A DNA stretch of 64,000 bases from Gemmatimonadota bacterium (GTDB lineage Bacteria > Gemmatimonadota > Gemmatimonadetes > Gemmatimonadales > GWC2-71-9), in contig JBDHAB010000001.1 of the NCBI GenBank assembly GCA_039588295.1, forward strand, positions 64,001 to 128,000, in the 5' to 3' direction. Positions 18,934-30,000 of the stretch are shown in pieces (the stretch's first letter is position 1; each line of letters opens with the position of its first letter). The notes below the pieces were generated by a model, which was given only the letters and a program-made list of their open reading frames with translations, searched no databases and was not told the origin of the DNA. Position numbers and translations under genes: made by a program.

Positions 18934-20148
18934 ATGAAGCTCAACATCGCGATCGCGCTCGGCCTCGTCGCGGGCCTCGTCCTGGGGTTGACGGCGGCAG
19001 TTACCGAGTCACGACTCCTCATGGGCATCGCCAGTGGGGTGGAGCCCCTCGGCAACGCGTTTGTCAATCTCCTCAAGATGGTCGTCATTCCTCTGGTGAC
19101 GTCGGTGATCTTCGTCGGTGTCGCCACGTTGGGCGACCTGCGACGGCTCGGGCGCATGGGTGCGATCACGCTCCTGTTCTTTGCGGGCACGACCGTCATC
19201 AGTGTGCTCATGGGAATGGGCGTGATGAAGGCGCTCCTGCCAATGGCGAGCGAAGCCGTGAAAGAGGCCGTCGGAGCCGCGTCCGCCAACGCGCCCGTGC
19301 TGCCGGGCCCCGTCGAGTTCCTCCTGAGCCTGATCCCGAGCAACCCGTTTGCCGCCGCCGCCGACGGCGCGCTGTTGCCCCTCATTCTCTTCACGATCCT
19401 GGTTGCCGCCGCCGCAGGGGCACTGCCGAAGACCGAACGCGACCGGCTCATCCAACTAGCCAGTTCAGTCGCCGCGGCGCTCATCAAACTGGTGCACTGG
19501 ATCCTTCTGATCGCCCCGCTCGGCGTCTTCGCGCTCGCCGCTCCCGTCACGGCAAGGGCCGGATGGGCGATGCTGCAGAGCCTCGCAATCTTTGTGGTCG
19601 CCGTGCTCGTTGGAGAACTCATCTTCATCACCTCCGTCTACGTGCCCGTCGTGCGTTTCGCAGCGAAGATGAGCGTGCGCAGGTTTCTCAAGGGCTGCGT
19701 GAGTCCACAGATCATCGCAGCCACGACGGTCAGTTCGCCGGCTACGGTGCCGGCGATGCTCGAGGCGGCTGACCAGGAGTTCGCCGTCTCACCGGCCGTC
19801 GCCGGATTCGTGATCTCCCTCGGGGCCGGCCTCGGGCGGGCGGGCGCCGCGCTGTTCCAGGGTGCCGGGGTCGTGTTCTTGGCCTGGTTGTATGCCGTAC
19901 CGCTTCCGCTCGCCGGCGTCGGCGGTGCGCTACTCGCCACCATGCTCGTTTCGTTCACCGTTCCGGCGATCCCCGGCGGCAGCGTTCTGAGTCTTGCGCC
20001 AGCGCTCGGTACGATCGGCATTCCGCTCGACGGCATGGCCGTACTGCTCGGTGTGGACCGCATTCCCGACATGGCGCGCACGGCAACGAACGTGACCGGG
20101 ACGCTGACGGCCACCGTGCTCGTCGATCGGCTGGAGCAGGAGTCCTAG
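18934..20148 (+). CDS. Dicarboxylate/amino acid:cation symporter (DAACS), divergent copy
   Basis: LKMVVIPLV, IPSNPF, APLGVF, GVDRIPDMARTATNV. Confidence 0.85.
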   Translation: MKLNIAIALGLVAGLVLGLTAAVTESRLLMGIASGVEPLGNAFVNLLKMVVIPLVTSVIFVGVATLGDLRRLGRMGAITLLFFAGTTVISVLMGMGVMKALLPMASEAVKEAVGAASANAPVLPGPVEFLLSLIPSNPFAAAADGALLPLILFTILVAAAAGALPKTERDRLIQLASSVAAALIKLVHWILLIAPLGVFALAAPVTARAGWAMLQSLAIFVVAVLVGELIFITSVYVPVVRFAAKMSVRRFLKGCVSPQIIAATTVSSPATVPAMLEAADQEFAVSPAVAGFVISLGAGLGRAGAALFQGAGVVFLAWLYAVPLPLAGVGGALLATMLVSFTVPAIPGGSVLSLAPALGTIGIPLDGMAVLLGVDRIPDMARTATNVTGTLTATVLVDRLEQES

Positions 20149-20254
20149 GTGATAGGTGATAGCTGGCGGGTGTTAGCATCAGATGTTGCACATCGGATCG
20201 GCAATCATCTGCGCCTATTCCTATCGCCTGTTACCTAACACCCAACACCCTGCC

Positions 20255-20620
20255 GTGCTCGCTCGCCTTGCCGCCGACCTTCTCCTCACATTCCACTTGG
20301 CGTTCATCGTGTTTGTGGTCGTCGGTGGCTTCATGGCGTGGCGGTGGCGTCGGCTTGCGTGGGTGCACGTTCCGTGTGCCATCTGGGGCGCCGTGATTGA
20401 GTTCATGGGTTGGATTTGCCCGCTGACCCCGTGGGAGGTCTCGCTCCGGCGACAGGCCGGGCAGGCAGGGTACGAGGGCGGCTTCGTCGAGCACTACATC
20501 ATCCCCATCATCTATCCCGGCGCGCTCACCCCGAAGATCCAGATCGGCCTTGGGCTGTTCGTCGTCGCCGCCAATGTCGTCGCCTATTCCATCTATTTCC
20601 GCCGCAGACCGGGCCGTTGA
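20255..20620 (+). CDS. DUF2784 family membrane protein
   Basis: ADLLLTFHLAFIVF, WICPLTPWE, GFVEHYI..IIYP. Confidence 0.8.
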   Translation: MLARLAADLLLTFHLAFIVFVVVGGFMAWRWRRLAWVHVPCAIWGAVIEFMGWICPLTPWEVSLRRQAGQAGYEGGFVEHYIIPIIYPGALTPKIQIGLGLFVVAANVVAYSIYFRRRPGR

Positions 20621-20815
20621 GTGTCCCTCGTGCCGCCACCGTCTCCCCTCGTCCACCCCATTCGGTTCCACCTAGGTAGATTCTGCTGTTCGAATGGCCT
20701 CCCAGGGGGGCCATCAACACCACATAGCCTCGGCAGACCGGCTGCCGACGTAACGCCGCGCCTGCCATGAACGCTGCCGAGTACCACCGCTGCGTGGTTC
20801 GATCACGGAGGTGAC

Positions 20816-22084
20816 ATGAAGCTCGCACTCCACTGGCAAATCCTGATCGCGATGGTTCTCGGCGTCATCGTGGGCATCGCGTTTCAGGTGATCTACGATG
20901 CCGAGCCCTCCGGATGGCTCTTCGGCCTCATCGCATCACTGGGCACAATATTCATCCACCTCCTGAGGATGGTTATCGTGCCCCTGATCTTGAGTTCCAT
21001 CGTCAGTGGAGTGGCCAGCGTCGGAGACGGCAAGAGCATCGGCAGACTGGGCCTCAAGACATTCACCTACTACTTCGTCTCGAGCCTCATCGCAATCCTG
21101 ATCGGCATCATGGTGACCAACGCGTTCAAGCCCGGGGTCGGCGCGAGCATCCCGATAGGTGAGGACTTCGACCCGTCCACGATCGTCACCCCGAGATCTC
21201 CGGGACAGATCCTCATCGACATGATTCCCCTCAACCCGATTGAGGCGATGTCGTCGGGTCACATGCTCGGGATCATCTTCTTCTCGATCTTTCTTGGTTG
21301 GGCGATTACCAGAACGGGTCACAAGAACCGTGAAACGTTGCGGGGATTCTTCGACGCGTTCTTCGAGGCGATGATGAAGATCACCCAGGTGGTGATCGCC
21401 GTCGCTCCGTTTGGGGTATTCGGCTTGATCGTCAGCACCGTGGCGTCGGCGGGCATCAGCCTGTTCATCACATTGGGCCTCTACATCATCACGATCATCA
21501 GCGGATTCCTGATCCACCTGCTGATCGTGCTGCCGTTGCTCTTCTACTTCACGACGCGGATCAACCCGATCTACCACTTCCGGGCGATGAGTTCCGCCAT
21601 GGTCACGGCGTTCTCGACCTGTTCATCGAACGCGACCCTTCCAGTGACCATGAGCGATGTTGAGAACAAGGCGGGCGTCTCGAATACGATTTCGAGCTTC
21701 GTGCTTCCCATGGGAGCCACGGTGAACATGAACGGCACGGCACTATACGAGTGCGCGGGCGTCATCTTCATCAGTCAGGTCCTGGGACTGCAGCTCGACC
21801 TGTCGCAACAGTTTCTCATCGTCCTGACCGCGTTGCTCTCAGCGGTGGGCGCGGCGGGTATTCCCGCCGCCGGCGTGGTCGTAATCTTCATCGTCACGCA
21901 GGCGATTGGCTTCTCAGATGCGCAGGTCGGACTTATCATCGGCACGATGCTGGCGGTCGACCGGCCCATCGACATGTTCCGCACAACCATCAACGTCTTC
22001 AGCGATAGCGTGGGTGCAGTGATTGTCGCCAAGAGCGAAGGAGAGACGAATCTGTATCCACACATGCTCCCCCAGCGCGCATGA
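20816..22084 (+). CDS. Dicarboxylate/amino acid:cation symporter (DAACS)
   Basis: LHWQILIA, STCSSNATLP, GATVNMNGTAL, DRPIDMFRTTINV; SD GGAGG. Confidence 0.9.
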   Translation: MKLALHWQILIAMVLGVIVGIAFQVIYDAEPSGWLFGLIASLGTIFIHLLRMVIVPLILSSIVSGVASVGDGKSIGRLGLKTFTYYFVSSLIAILIGIMVTNAFKPGVGASIPIGEDFDPSTIVTPRSPGQILIDMIPLNPIEAMSSGHMLGIIFFSIFLGWAITRTGHKNRETLRGFFDAFFEAMMKITQVVIAVAPFGVFGLIVSTVASAGISLFITLGLYIITIISGFLIHLLIVLPLLFYFTTRINPIYHFRAMSSAMVTAFSTCSSNATLPVTMSDVENKAGVSNTISSFVLPMGATVNMNGTALYECAGVIFISQVLGLQLDLSQQFLIVLTALLSAVGAAGIPAAGVVVIFIVTQAIGFSDAQVGLIIGTMLAVDRPIDMFRTTINVFSDSVGAVIVAKSEGETNLYPHMLPQRA

Positions 22085-22125
22085 CCCTGCTCGAGCGCGA
22101 CGAAGGCGGAAGGGAAGGTCGAGCG

Positions 22126-23976
22126 ATGTCCTCTGAGCTTCCGCCGCTGATCCCTCGAACCGTCATCTTCGGGAATCCGGAGAAGGCCGACCCTCAAGTG
22201 TCGCCGGACGGCAAACAACTCGCCTATCTGGCGCCGCTCGACGGTGTGCTGAACGTGTGGGTTGGACCACTGGGTGGAGATGAGTTTCGCCCGGTCACTC
22301 ACGACGTTGACCGCGGCGTTCGCGTGTACTTCTGGGCACATGACGCGGAGCACATTCTGTTTCTCCAGGATGCTGGCGGTGACGAGAATTGGCGCCTCTA
22401 CAAGGTGCGACTCGATACCGACGCGACCGAGGACCTCACCCCGTTTGACGACGTCCAGGTTCAGATTGCGGGCCGCGACAAGCGTCACCCGAACGAACTC
22501 TTGATCGGCATGAACAAGGAGGACGTTCGGCTGCACGACGTCTATCATCTCGACCTCACCACCAATGAACTCACGCTCGTGGCCAAGAACCCCGGGAATG
22601 TCTTAGGCTGGGTGGCGGATCCAGACTTCGCCGTCCGAGGAGCCCTCGCATCGACACCGGACGGCGGCACGGAGCTGCGAATTCGTGATTCGATCGACGC
22701 CGAGTGGCGTACGCTCCTCGCCTGGAGCCCCGAGGATGCCATGAGCAGCGCGCCGCTCGGTTTCACCCTGGACGGCGCGTCGCTGTACTTGGCGGACTCG
22801 CGCCGCGCGAACGCGGCACGGCTTATGACGGTTCACCTAGGAACCGGCCGGACCGAGGTCATCGCGGAGGATTCGCAGTACGACGTGAGCGGGGTGATCG
22901 TGCACCCGGACACGCGAGAGATCCAGATGGTCGCGTTTACGCGGGCGCGGCAGGAATGGGATGTGCTCGATCCAGCCATCGTGCGGGACGTCGCGGCCAT
23001 CCGCGAGCTCGACCCAGGCGACTTCGATCTACACAGCCGCAGCAACGACGACGCTGTGTGGATCATCGAGTTCACCGAGGACGACGGTCCTGTCTCGTAC
23101 TACGCATTCGATCGGACACGCCGGACCGCGTCGTTCCTGTTTCACACCAGACCCGACCTCGCGCGGTACGATCTGGCGAGCATGGAGCCGATCGTATTCG
23201 ACAGCAGAGACAGGCTTACGATCCACGGGTACCTCACAACGCCCCCCGGGGTGCGCGGCGAGCCGCTGCCGATGGTCCTGAACGTCCACGGCGGACCGTG
23301 GCACCGAGACGTGTGGGGATATGATCCCGAGGCGCAGTGGTTCGCGAACCGCGGCTACGCTTGTCTGCAGGTCAACTTCCGCGGATCGACCGGTTACGGG
23401 AAGGCATTCCTCAATGCCGGCAACCGGGAGTGGGGCGGCAAGATGCATGACGACCTCGTCGACGCCGTGAGGTGGGCGGTGGACGCCGGGGTCGCGGACC
23501 CCGAGCGCATCGCCATCTACGGAGGCTCCTACGGCGGCTACGCAGCGCTGGCCGGCGCCACCTTCACCCCAGAGATCTTCACCTGCGCCGTAGACATCGT
23601 CGGGCCGAGCAACCTCATCACCTTCATCGAGACGATTCCACCATATTGGTCGAGTTACCTGGCCATGCTTCACGAGAGGGTCGGCAACCCCGAGATCGAC
23701 GCCGACTTCCTGAAATCCCGCTCGCCACTTTCCCACGTGGACCGCATCCAAATCCCGATGCTCATCGCGCAGGGCGCGAACGACCCTCGGGTCAAGCAGG
23801 CGGAATCGGAGCAGATCGTCGCCGTCATGCGGGAGAAGGGAATCGATCACGACTACATGCTCTTCCCCGATGAAGGGCACGGCTTCGCGAAGCCCGAGAA
23901 TCGGCTCGAGTTCTACGCGGCGGCCGAGCGGTTCCTGGCCAAGCATCTCGGAGGGCGGTTCGAGCCGGGGGACTGA
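22126..23976 (+). CDS. S9 family peptidase (acylaminoacyl/dipeptidyl peptidase-like)
   Basis: [32 protein letters not shown]. Confidence 0.92.
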   Translation: MSSELPPLIPRTVIFGNPEKADPQVSPDGKQLAYLAPLDGVLNVWVGPLGGDEFRPVTHDVDRGVRVYFWAHDAEHILFLQDAGGDENWRLYKVRLDTDATEDLTPFDDVQVQIAGRDKRHPNELLIGMNKEDVRLHDVYHLDLTTNELTLVAKNPGNVLGWVADPDFAVRGALASTPDGGTELRIRDSIDAEWRTLLAWSPEDAMSSAPLGFTLDGASLYLADSRRANAARLMTVHLGTGRTEVIAEDSQYDVSGVIVHPDTREIQMVAFTRARQEWDVLDPAIVRDVAAIRELDPGDFDLHSRSNDDAVWIIEFTEDDGPVSYYAFDRTRRTASFLFHTRPDLARYDLASMEPIVFDSRDRLTIHGYLTTPPGVRGEPLPMVLNVHGGPWHRDVWGYDPEAQWFANRGYACLQVNFRGSTGYGKAFLNAGNREWGGKMHDDLVDAVRWAVDAGVADPERIAIYGGSYGGYAALAGATFTPEIFTCAVDIVGPSNLITFIETIPPYWSSYLAMLHERVGNPEIDADFLKSRSPLSHVDRIQIPMLIAQGANDPRVKQAESEQIVAVMREKGIDHDYMLFPDEGHGFAKPENRLEFYAAAERFLAKHLGGRFEPGD

Positions 23977-23980
23977 GCGA

Positions 23981-25093
23981 CTAGCCGAACCTCACACAGT
24001 AGATGGGTGGTAGGTGGGTCGAGATCGGGGTCCACGAGTCTCCCTGGTCCTGCGAGATCCAGAGTGATCCGGTGGTGCTGCCGAACACCAGACATTCGCC
24101 CGAGTCGTCGACATCGAGCGCATGGCGGAACGTGAGGTCGTAGGCGTGGTCCTGCGGCAGGCCGTTAGAGAGCACCTCGAACGATTTGCCACCGTCACGT
24201 GTCCGAGTGACCACCACACGCCCATCTACCGGAACGCGGTGCTCGTCGCTGACGCTCGGCACCAGCCACGCGGTGTCGGGATCACTCGGATGAACCGCCA
24301 CGGCGAATCCGAAGTTGGACGGCGGCACGCCAGCCACCTCCTGCCATGATCGGCCATCGTCGGTCGAGCGGAACACTCCATTGTGGTGCTGGACCCAGAA
24401 GGTGTCGGGGAAATGTCGGCACTGGACCAGGCAATGAGGATCCTGGATGGCTGGATCGTGCTTTCGCTCCGGCGGCATGTACGCGGCCCACATGCCATCG
24501 GAGTGGCATGCCCACGACCCGCCTCCGTCTTCGCTCCACCACACCCCACCACAGGAGATGCCCACCGCGAGCCGTCGCGCGTTCCGTGGGTCGACGCATA
24601 TCGAGTGAATACCGGGGTAATCGTAGCCGCCGCCGAACCACTGTTTCCGCAGTGGGTCATCCCAGAGTGACTTGACCAGCTCCCAGGATTCCCCGGCGTC
24701 CCTCGACAGGAACAAGCCTCCGGGAATCGTGCCACTCCACAGGAGCCCAGGCTCGTCGGACCCGCCCGGCTCGAGCGCCCAGATCATGCTGAGCTTCCAC
24801 GGAATCTCCCTGCCGATGCTGTTGACATCCGGTGGAGCGCCGTCCGGTCGCTCGGGGTAGGCTGGCGTCGCACACTCATCCCACCCGTTCCCGCCATCAC
24901 GCGAACGGTGAAGCTTGGCGCCAAAATGCCCGTGGGCCAGCGCTGCGTACGTGGTCCCGTCGCGCGAGTCTTCCAGGACCATTGACACGTGGTCACCGAG
25001 GAAGCTGGCGTTCGTGATGCGCCACACCCCAGATCCCTGACGCGACACGACGAATAGGCCCTTCCGCGTGGCGACGTGGACGCGGTCACTCAT
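23981..25093 (-). CDS. BNR/Asp-box repeat beta-propeller protein (sialidase-like)
   Basis: Repeated S.D.G..W boxes (SRDGGNGW, SRDAGESW, SEDGGGSW, STDDGRSW, SQDQGDSW). Confidence 0.85.
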   Translation of the reverse strand: MSDRVHVATRKGLFVVSRQGSGVWRITNASFLGDHVSMVLEDSRDGTTYAALAHGHFGAKLHRSRDGGNGWDECATPAYPERPDGAPPDVNSIGREIPWKLSMIWALEPGGSDEPGLLWSGTIPGGLFLSRDAGESWELVKSLWDDPLRKQWFGGGYDYPGIHSICVDPRNARRLAVGISCGGVWWSEDGGGSWACHSDGMWAAYMPPERKHDPAIQDPHCLVQCRHFPDTFWVQHHNGVFRSTDDGRSWQEVAGVPPSNFGFAVAVHPSDPDTAWLVPSVSDEHRVPVDGRVVVTRTRDGGKSFEVLSNGLPQDHAYDLTFRHALDVDDSGECLVFGSTTGSLWISQDQGDSWTPISTHLPPIYCVRFG

Positions 25094-25111
25094 GGAACAC
25101 TCCCCCTGCCG

Positions 25112-25381
25112 TCAGCCGCCGGACAGCGCCTGAAGGATGAAGATCTCGTCGCTATCAGAAACGGCATCGCTCAGACTCAGCCGATCCGTGATTGGCTCGC
25201 CGTTCACGAAGATGACCATGTGGGGGCGAAGCGCGCCCTGCTCATCGAGCACGTAACTACGCGCACGCTCGTTCGTGGAGAACACGCGATCGAGTACTTC
25301 GCGGACGGTGCGTCCCTGCGCTTCGGTTGGAGGGAGGGCGACATGACGCTGCAGGTTCGCGGTGAATTCGACCTTGGGCAT
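25112..25381 (-). CDS. MoaD/ThiS family ubiquitin-like protein
   Basis: 89 aa, IFVNGE, C-terminal ALSGG. Confidence 0.88.
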   Translation of the reverse strand: MPKVEFTANLQRHVALPPTEAQGRTVREVLDRVFSTNERARSYVLDEQGALRPHMVIFVNGEPITDRLSLSDAVSDSDEIFILQALSGG

Positions 25382-25391
25382 AGCTAACGGG

Positions 25392-26330
25392 CTAATCTTC
25401 GTCCGGTCCGTCGACGGTCTCGACCACGTGTTCGTACACGAGACGCGACAGGTCGGCGATCAACTCGTCGGCGACATCGTCATTCGCGATGCCGCGTGTG
25501 AGCACCACCAGCACGTATGCCCTGCCATTTGGGAGGTACACGATGCCGCCGTCGTGTCGGATCTCGGTGATCGAACCCGTCTTGTGCGCCACACGCACGT
25601 CGGGAGGGAGGCCTGCGGGAATTCCTTCGTTGAACTCCTGGCGGGCGAGAATGTCGATCATGTCACGGCTCGACTCGGGGCTCGCGGCTCGGTGTTCGGC
25701 AATAGCGGTGAAGATCACCCCTAAGTCTCTCGCGGTCGTAGTGTTGCTGAGGCCCGCCTCGTACGCTTTGATATCCTCCACCCCGCGGAGCACGGCAATG
25801 GAGTCGGCACCTAGTTCCCGCATGGTTGCCTGAGCGCGGTCTGCACCGACCAACTCGATCAAGATGTTGGTCGCGAGGTTGCTCGAGACCGTGATCATAA
25901 GCTCGGTGAGCCGGCGTAGCGATTCCCGCTGGCCGATACGACGATAGAGCGTCGTGTCGCCGTCGTCAGGCGCGCTCAAATCGTAGGCTGATCCATCAAC
26001 GATCGACCGGAACGTCTTCGTGAGAATCGTGCTGTCGTCCAACGACCGAATCCCCGCTTCCTGGTCCCGGAACAGCTGGATCATGACCGGGACCTTCATC
26101 ATGCTCGCAGCGTGAACACGGGCATCGGGACTCATGAGGACGGAATCCCCGGTCCCGAGGTCTCGGAAGTAGAACCCCACGGTTTCGGCTGAACTCCCGG
26201 CGACGGTGGACTCCAACACGAGGCGGAAATCGGCGAGACGATCACGCTGGCACGAAGTCGCCGCGAACAGGGCACTCGCGGTCATTAGCAGACGACGGAC
26301 GACGGGCATGGGACTCCGGATCATACGCAT
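25392..26330 (-). CDS. Class A beta-lactamase-like serine hydrolase, probable lipoprotein
   Basis: ASMMK (SxxK), SSN, HKTG, lipobox-like AATSC; start may be 26309. Confidence 0.85.
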   Translation of the reverse strand: MRMIRSPMPVVRRLLMTASALFAATSCQRDRLADFRLVLESTVAGSSAETVGFYFRDLGTGDSVLMSPDARVHAASMMKVPVMIQLFRDQEAGIRSLDDSTILTKTFRSIVDGSAYDLSAPDDGDTTLYRRIGQRESLRRLTELMITVSSNLATNILIELVGADRAQATMRELGADSIAVLRGVEDIKAYEAGLSNTTTARDLGVIFTAIAEHRAASPESSRDMIDILARQEFNEGIPAGLPPDVRVAHKTGSITEIRHDGGIVYLPNGRAYVLVVLTRGIANDDVADELIADLSRLVYEHVVETVDGPDED

Positions 26331-26412
26331 GATGGGTCGGGAATATACCGACCGTTCTCATCCCCTCAAGCACGCTTCTTGTTGGAGCTTCGCCATTACA
26401 GTATTCCTCATC

Positions 26413-26937
26413 GTGACTCGCCTCATCCATCTCGAGTACCGTCGCCCCGGCAAGCCTGCCATGCCGTACCATGAGTGGCTGGTTCTGGATCGCCCCGATG
26501 TCAAGGTCCTTCTCTTGGAACCGTACGAGGGAAAGACCGTGCTGGTGGGCGGACAGCCGATCCAGGATTCCGGCGCTCCGATCGTATGGTTTGTATTCCC
26601 GGAACGCTGGTACGACATCGGACGGTTTCACCTCGGGGATGAGCGGTTCACGGGCTGGTACACCAATCTCTGCCGACCACCACAGATCGAAGGCGACCGC
26701 TGGATCGGCAACGATCTGTTCTTGGACCTCTGGCAACCGGTCCGTGGGCCGTCACAATGGCTGGACGAGGATGAGTTTGAAGCTGCTGTGCGCGACAGGC
26801 TCCTCGATGAGCCCACCCGGCAGCGAGTCCTGAACGAGCGGGTGTTGATCGACCTGCAGCTACGAGAGCAGGCCTGGCCGCCGGCCATTGCGCAAGACAT
26901 CGATCTGTCGCAGGCTCGGGTGCTGAGAAGGACCTAG
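26413..26937 (+). CDS. DUF402 family protein
   Basis: WYDIGRF, GWYTNL, DLFLDLW, LDEDEF; start reset to GTG 26413. Confidence 0.78.
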   Translation: MTRLIHLEYRRPGKPAMPYHEWLVLDRPDVKVLLLEPYEGKTVLVGGQPIQDSGAPIVWFVFPERWYDIGRFHLGDERFTGWYTNLCRPPQIEGDRWIGNDLFLDLWQPVRGPSQWLDEDEFEAAVRDRLLDEPTRQRVLNERVLIDLQLREQAWPPAIAQDIDLSQARVLRRT

Positions 26938-27052
26938 CGGCCACCCGGCTGGCTCCAACCGGGCGTCGTTTCGATGTGCATCCGAGTTATTTCGACGCCG
27001 CCCCCCCACTCACTGTGTCCTACGCTGGTCCGGTGTGCCACGGGTCCGGATC

Positions 27053-30000
27053 ATGCTCAAAGACGCACTGCACCAACTCCATACCGCATCCCACGCCGCC
27101 GCATTCCTGAAGCGAATCGGCTATGACCCCGCCGACGAGTTGTCTGTCGACGGAGCGCAGGTGGTCGCACGTTGGAAAGGGTTCAAGGTCGTCGTGGCGG
27201 ACTCGGCGGAACCAAAAGAAGCCGCGCGGGCGCTAGCTCGACGGCTCGCAGCAGCGGGGGAACGTGCCCTCGTCCTCATCCTGGGAACGGAGCACCTGGC
27301 GGTTGCAGCGCCACGGCTGGGGTCTAGTGGTAGCTCCCGCGTCCTGCTGGTGTCCAAGTCGGAACCGTCCGCATGGGCACTGGATCAACTCGAGCGACTG
27401 CGACCTCGCGGTTCCACGAGCGCACTGGTGCACGCGCTGCGAATTGCGGACGTCCTCTCCGCCGAAGCCGCTGGCGACCGGTTCTTCACCGAGTTCCGCA
27501 TCCAGCTCGAGCAAATGGCTGCTTCGCTGGAACCCCGGGGGAGTCTGGCGGACCGTCGCATGGTGGCTCTGTTCGCGCTGACGCGAACCCTGTTTCTCTA
27601 CTTCATCCAGGCCAAGGGATGGCTCGACGGCAAGAACGACTATCTCCGCGTGCTGTTCGACAACAGCCTTGCCGATCGCGCCGACTTTCACCGTTCGGTG
27701 CTGAACCCCCTCTTCTTCGGCACGCTCAATCGCCCAGCCGCCGAACGGCGCTTCGATCATGCGCTAGGCAGTATTCCGTACCTCAACGGTGGTCTCTTCG
27801 AGCCACATCCGCTCGAGCGGCGCCTCGGCCTCGCGCATTTCTCCAACGAATCGTGGCGCAAGGTGTTCGAGCAACTCTTCGATCGATACCGCTTCTGTGC
27901 TCGGGAGGCCGACGAAGTGAACGCGATTGCTCCCGACATGCTGGGTCGGGTGTTCGAGCGAGTCATGGCGGCGGACTTGCGACGAAACACCGGAACTTTC
28001 TATACGCCGGAGACGGTGGTGCGGGAGCTCGTAGAGACGGCACTCGCCACTGCTCTGGTAGGAATCGGCGGCTTGACGGAGCAGACAGTTGCCCGGCTCA
28101 TGGCGCGTGGCACACTGTCCGAGAACGAGCGACAGCAAGCCGTAACGGCCCTGCGAAGTCTTCGTGTGGTCGATCCGGCGGCAGGCTCTGGCGCCTTTCT
28201 GCTCGGGGCGCTCGAGGTCCTCACGGAGTTGACGTTGCTGGTCGATCAGGAACCTGCTGCACGACCGAAGTCCGCCCTGCGCAAGCGGGTCCTGTGCGAG
28301 AATCTCTTCGGCGTCGACCTCAACCCAGTTGCGGTTCGTCTGGCGGAGCTTCGGCTCTGGCTGGCGGTGGTCGCCGACGACACGACGACCGACCCAGCAG
28401 AGGTTGCCCCGCTTCCCAACCTCGATGGAGTCGTCAGGCAGGGAAACAGCCTGCTGGATCCGCTGGGTGCCGCGAGACGGGACCAACTCGGGACCAGCCC
28501 CACCATTAGCCAGGCTGCCGCGGCGCTGCAAGCAACCCGAAAGCGACTGTTTCACGCTTGCGGCGGCGCGACGCAACGGATGCACCGCGAGCTCCGCCGC
28601 CGCGAGTTCCAACTCGCCCGTGAGACACTCACTCAGGCGCTTCGACAGACGGATCATGTGCTCGAAGACCTCCAGGCGGCTGCGAAAGGAAGGAATCTGT
28701 TCGGCCGTCGAAGCGGTCTGACCCGCACTCAACAACGGCGCTACCGAACGGTCAAGAGGAACCGCACCGACCTGCGTCGGGCACTCGCCGACCTCGACGA
28801 TGGGACCTTGCCATTCTTCTCATTCGAGATCCAGGCTGCCGACATTATCGCAGCAGGTGGCTTCCACGTCGTCCTCGGGAACCCGCCATGGGTCCGGGCG
28901 GAGCGACTGCCGGAACGCGAGCGCACGACGCTTCACGACCGGTTCAGCTGGTGGCGGAGCGAGACGCGCAGCGGGTATGCACACCTTCCCGATCTCGCGG
29001 TCGCCTTCCTGCAGCGTGCACTTGAGCTGACGGCCCCGGGCGGCACGGTCGGCTTTCTCGTTCCAAGCAAAGTTGCATCGGCTGCCTACGCGCAGGCTGC
29101 CCGGGACCATCTCGTGCGCGAGACGACCATGAAGTACGTGCACCGAATCCCAGACCGACAAGCCAACCGATTCGCTGCCACAACCTATCCACTGGCCATT
29201 GTCGTTCGGAACGAACCTCCCTCCGCACGGCACGCTGTGCGCCTCGGATTCGTCGATAGTGGTTCGGTTCAGCAGGCATCGCTTGCACGGCAGGGTCCGT
29301 GGATACTCGTGCCAGATCGATTTCGCGACGCGCTCGACGCGTTCTGCGAGAGTGGACGCCCGTTGGCGGAGATCGCCCGGCCCGCCCTGGGTGTGAAGAC
29401 GGGAGCGGATCGCATCTTCGTCGGTGTTCCGTTGGAGACGGGTCCAAGGATATGGCGGATCAAGATCGGCGGTGGTGTGGTCGAGCTCGAACCCGAGGTT
29501 CTCCGTCCGGCCCTCCGCGGGCGTGATGTCGCCGCATGTAGCGCTCGCCCCGTCAGGGTCTTGCTCTGGGGATACGATCAGGTGGGCCGACCGAGACAGC
29601 GACTTCCAATGCACGCTGCGAGCTATGTAAACCGGTGGCACCGCAGGCTCGCGAATCGGACGGATTATCACAGCGGACCACCCTGGGTGCTGTTTCGGAC
29701 GCAACCGGCCTTCGCTCGGCATCGCGTGGTGTGGCCGGACATTGCCCGCCGCCCGAAAGCCTGCGTCCTCGACGAGACTTCGGTCTCGGAGGCAATTCCG
29801 CTCAACAGTTGTTACGTGGCCTCTGCACCGGACCGCCGAACGGCGCTGGCAATCTCCGCCGTCATGAACAGCACCTGGGCCGCCGCTCTCGCGGCAATCA
29901 CGGCAGACGAGGCACGCGGAGGCTATCGTCGGATCAACGCCCGCGTGGTCTCGCGCCTCCCGATTCCCGTGAACGAGCAGGCCCAGAGGCAGCTCGCAAC

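Noticed and set aside
20621..20815. Riboswitch upstream of the second DAACS gene
   Set aside because: Two short hairpins present, but no glycine, lysine, SAM or TPP consensus recognisable; an Rfam scan would settle it
25392..26330. Bona fide antibiotic-resistance beta-lactamase
   Set aside because: SSN instead of SDN and no clear omega-loop ExxLN; only family-level similarity is supportable
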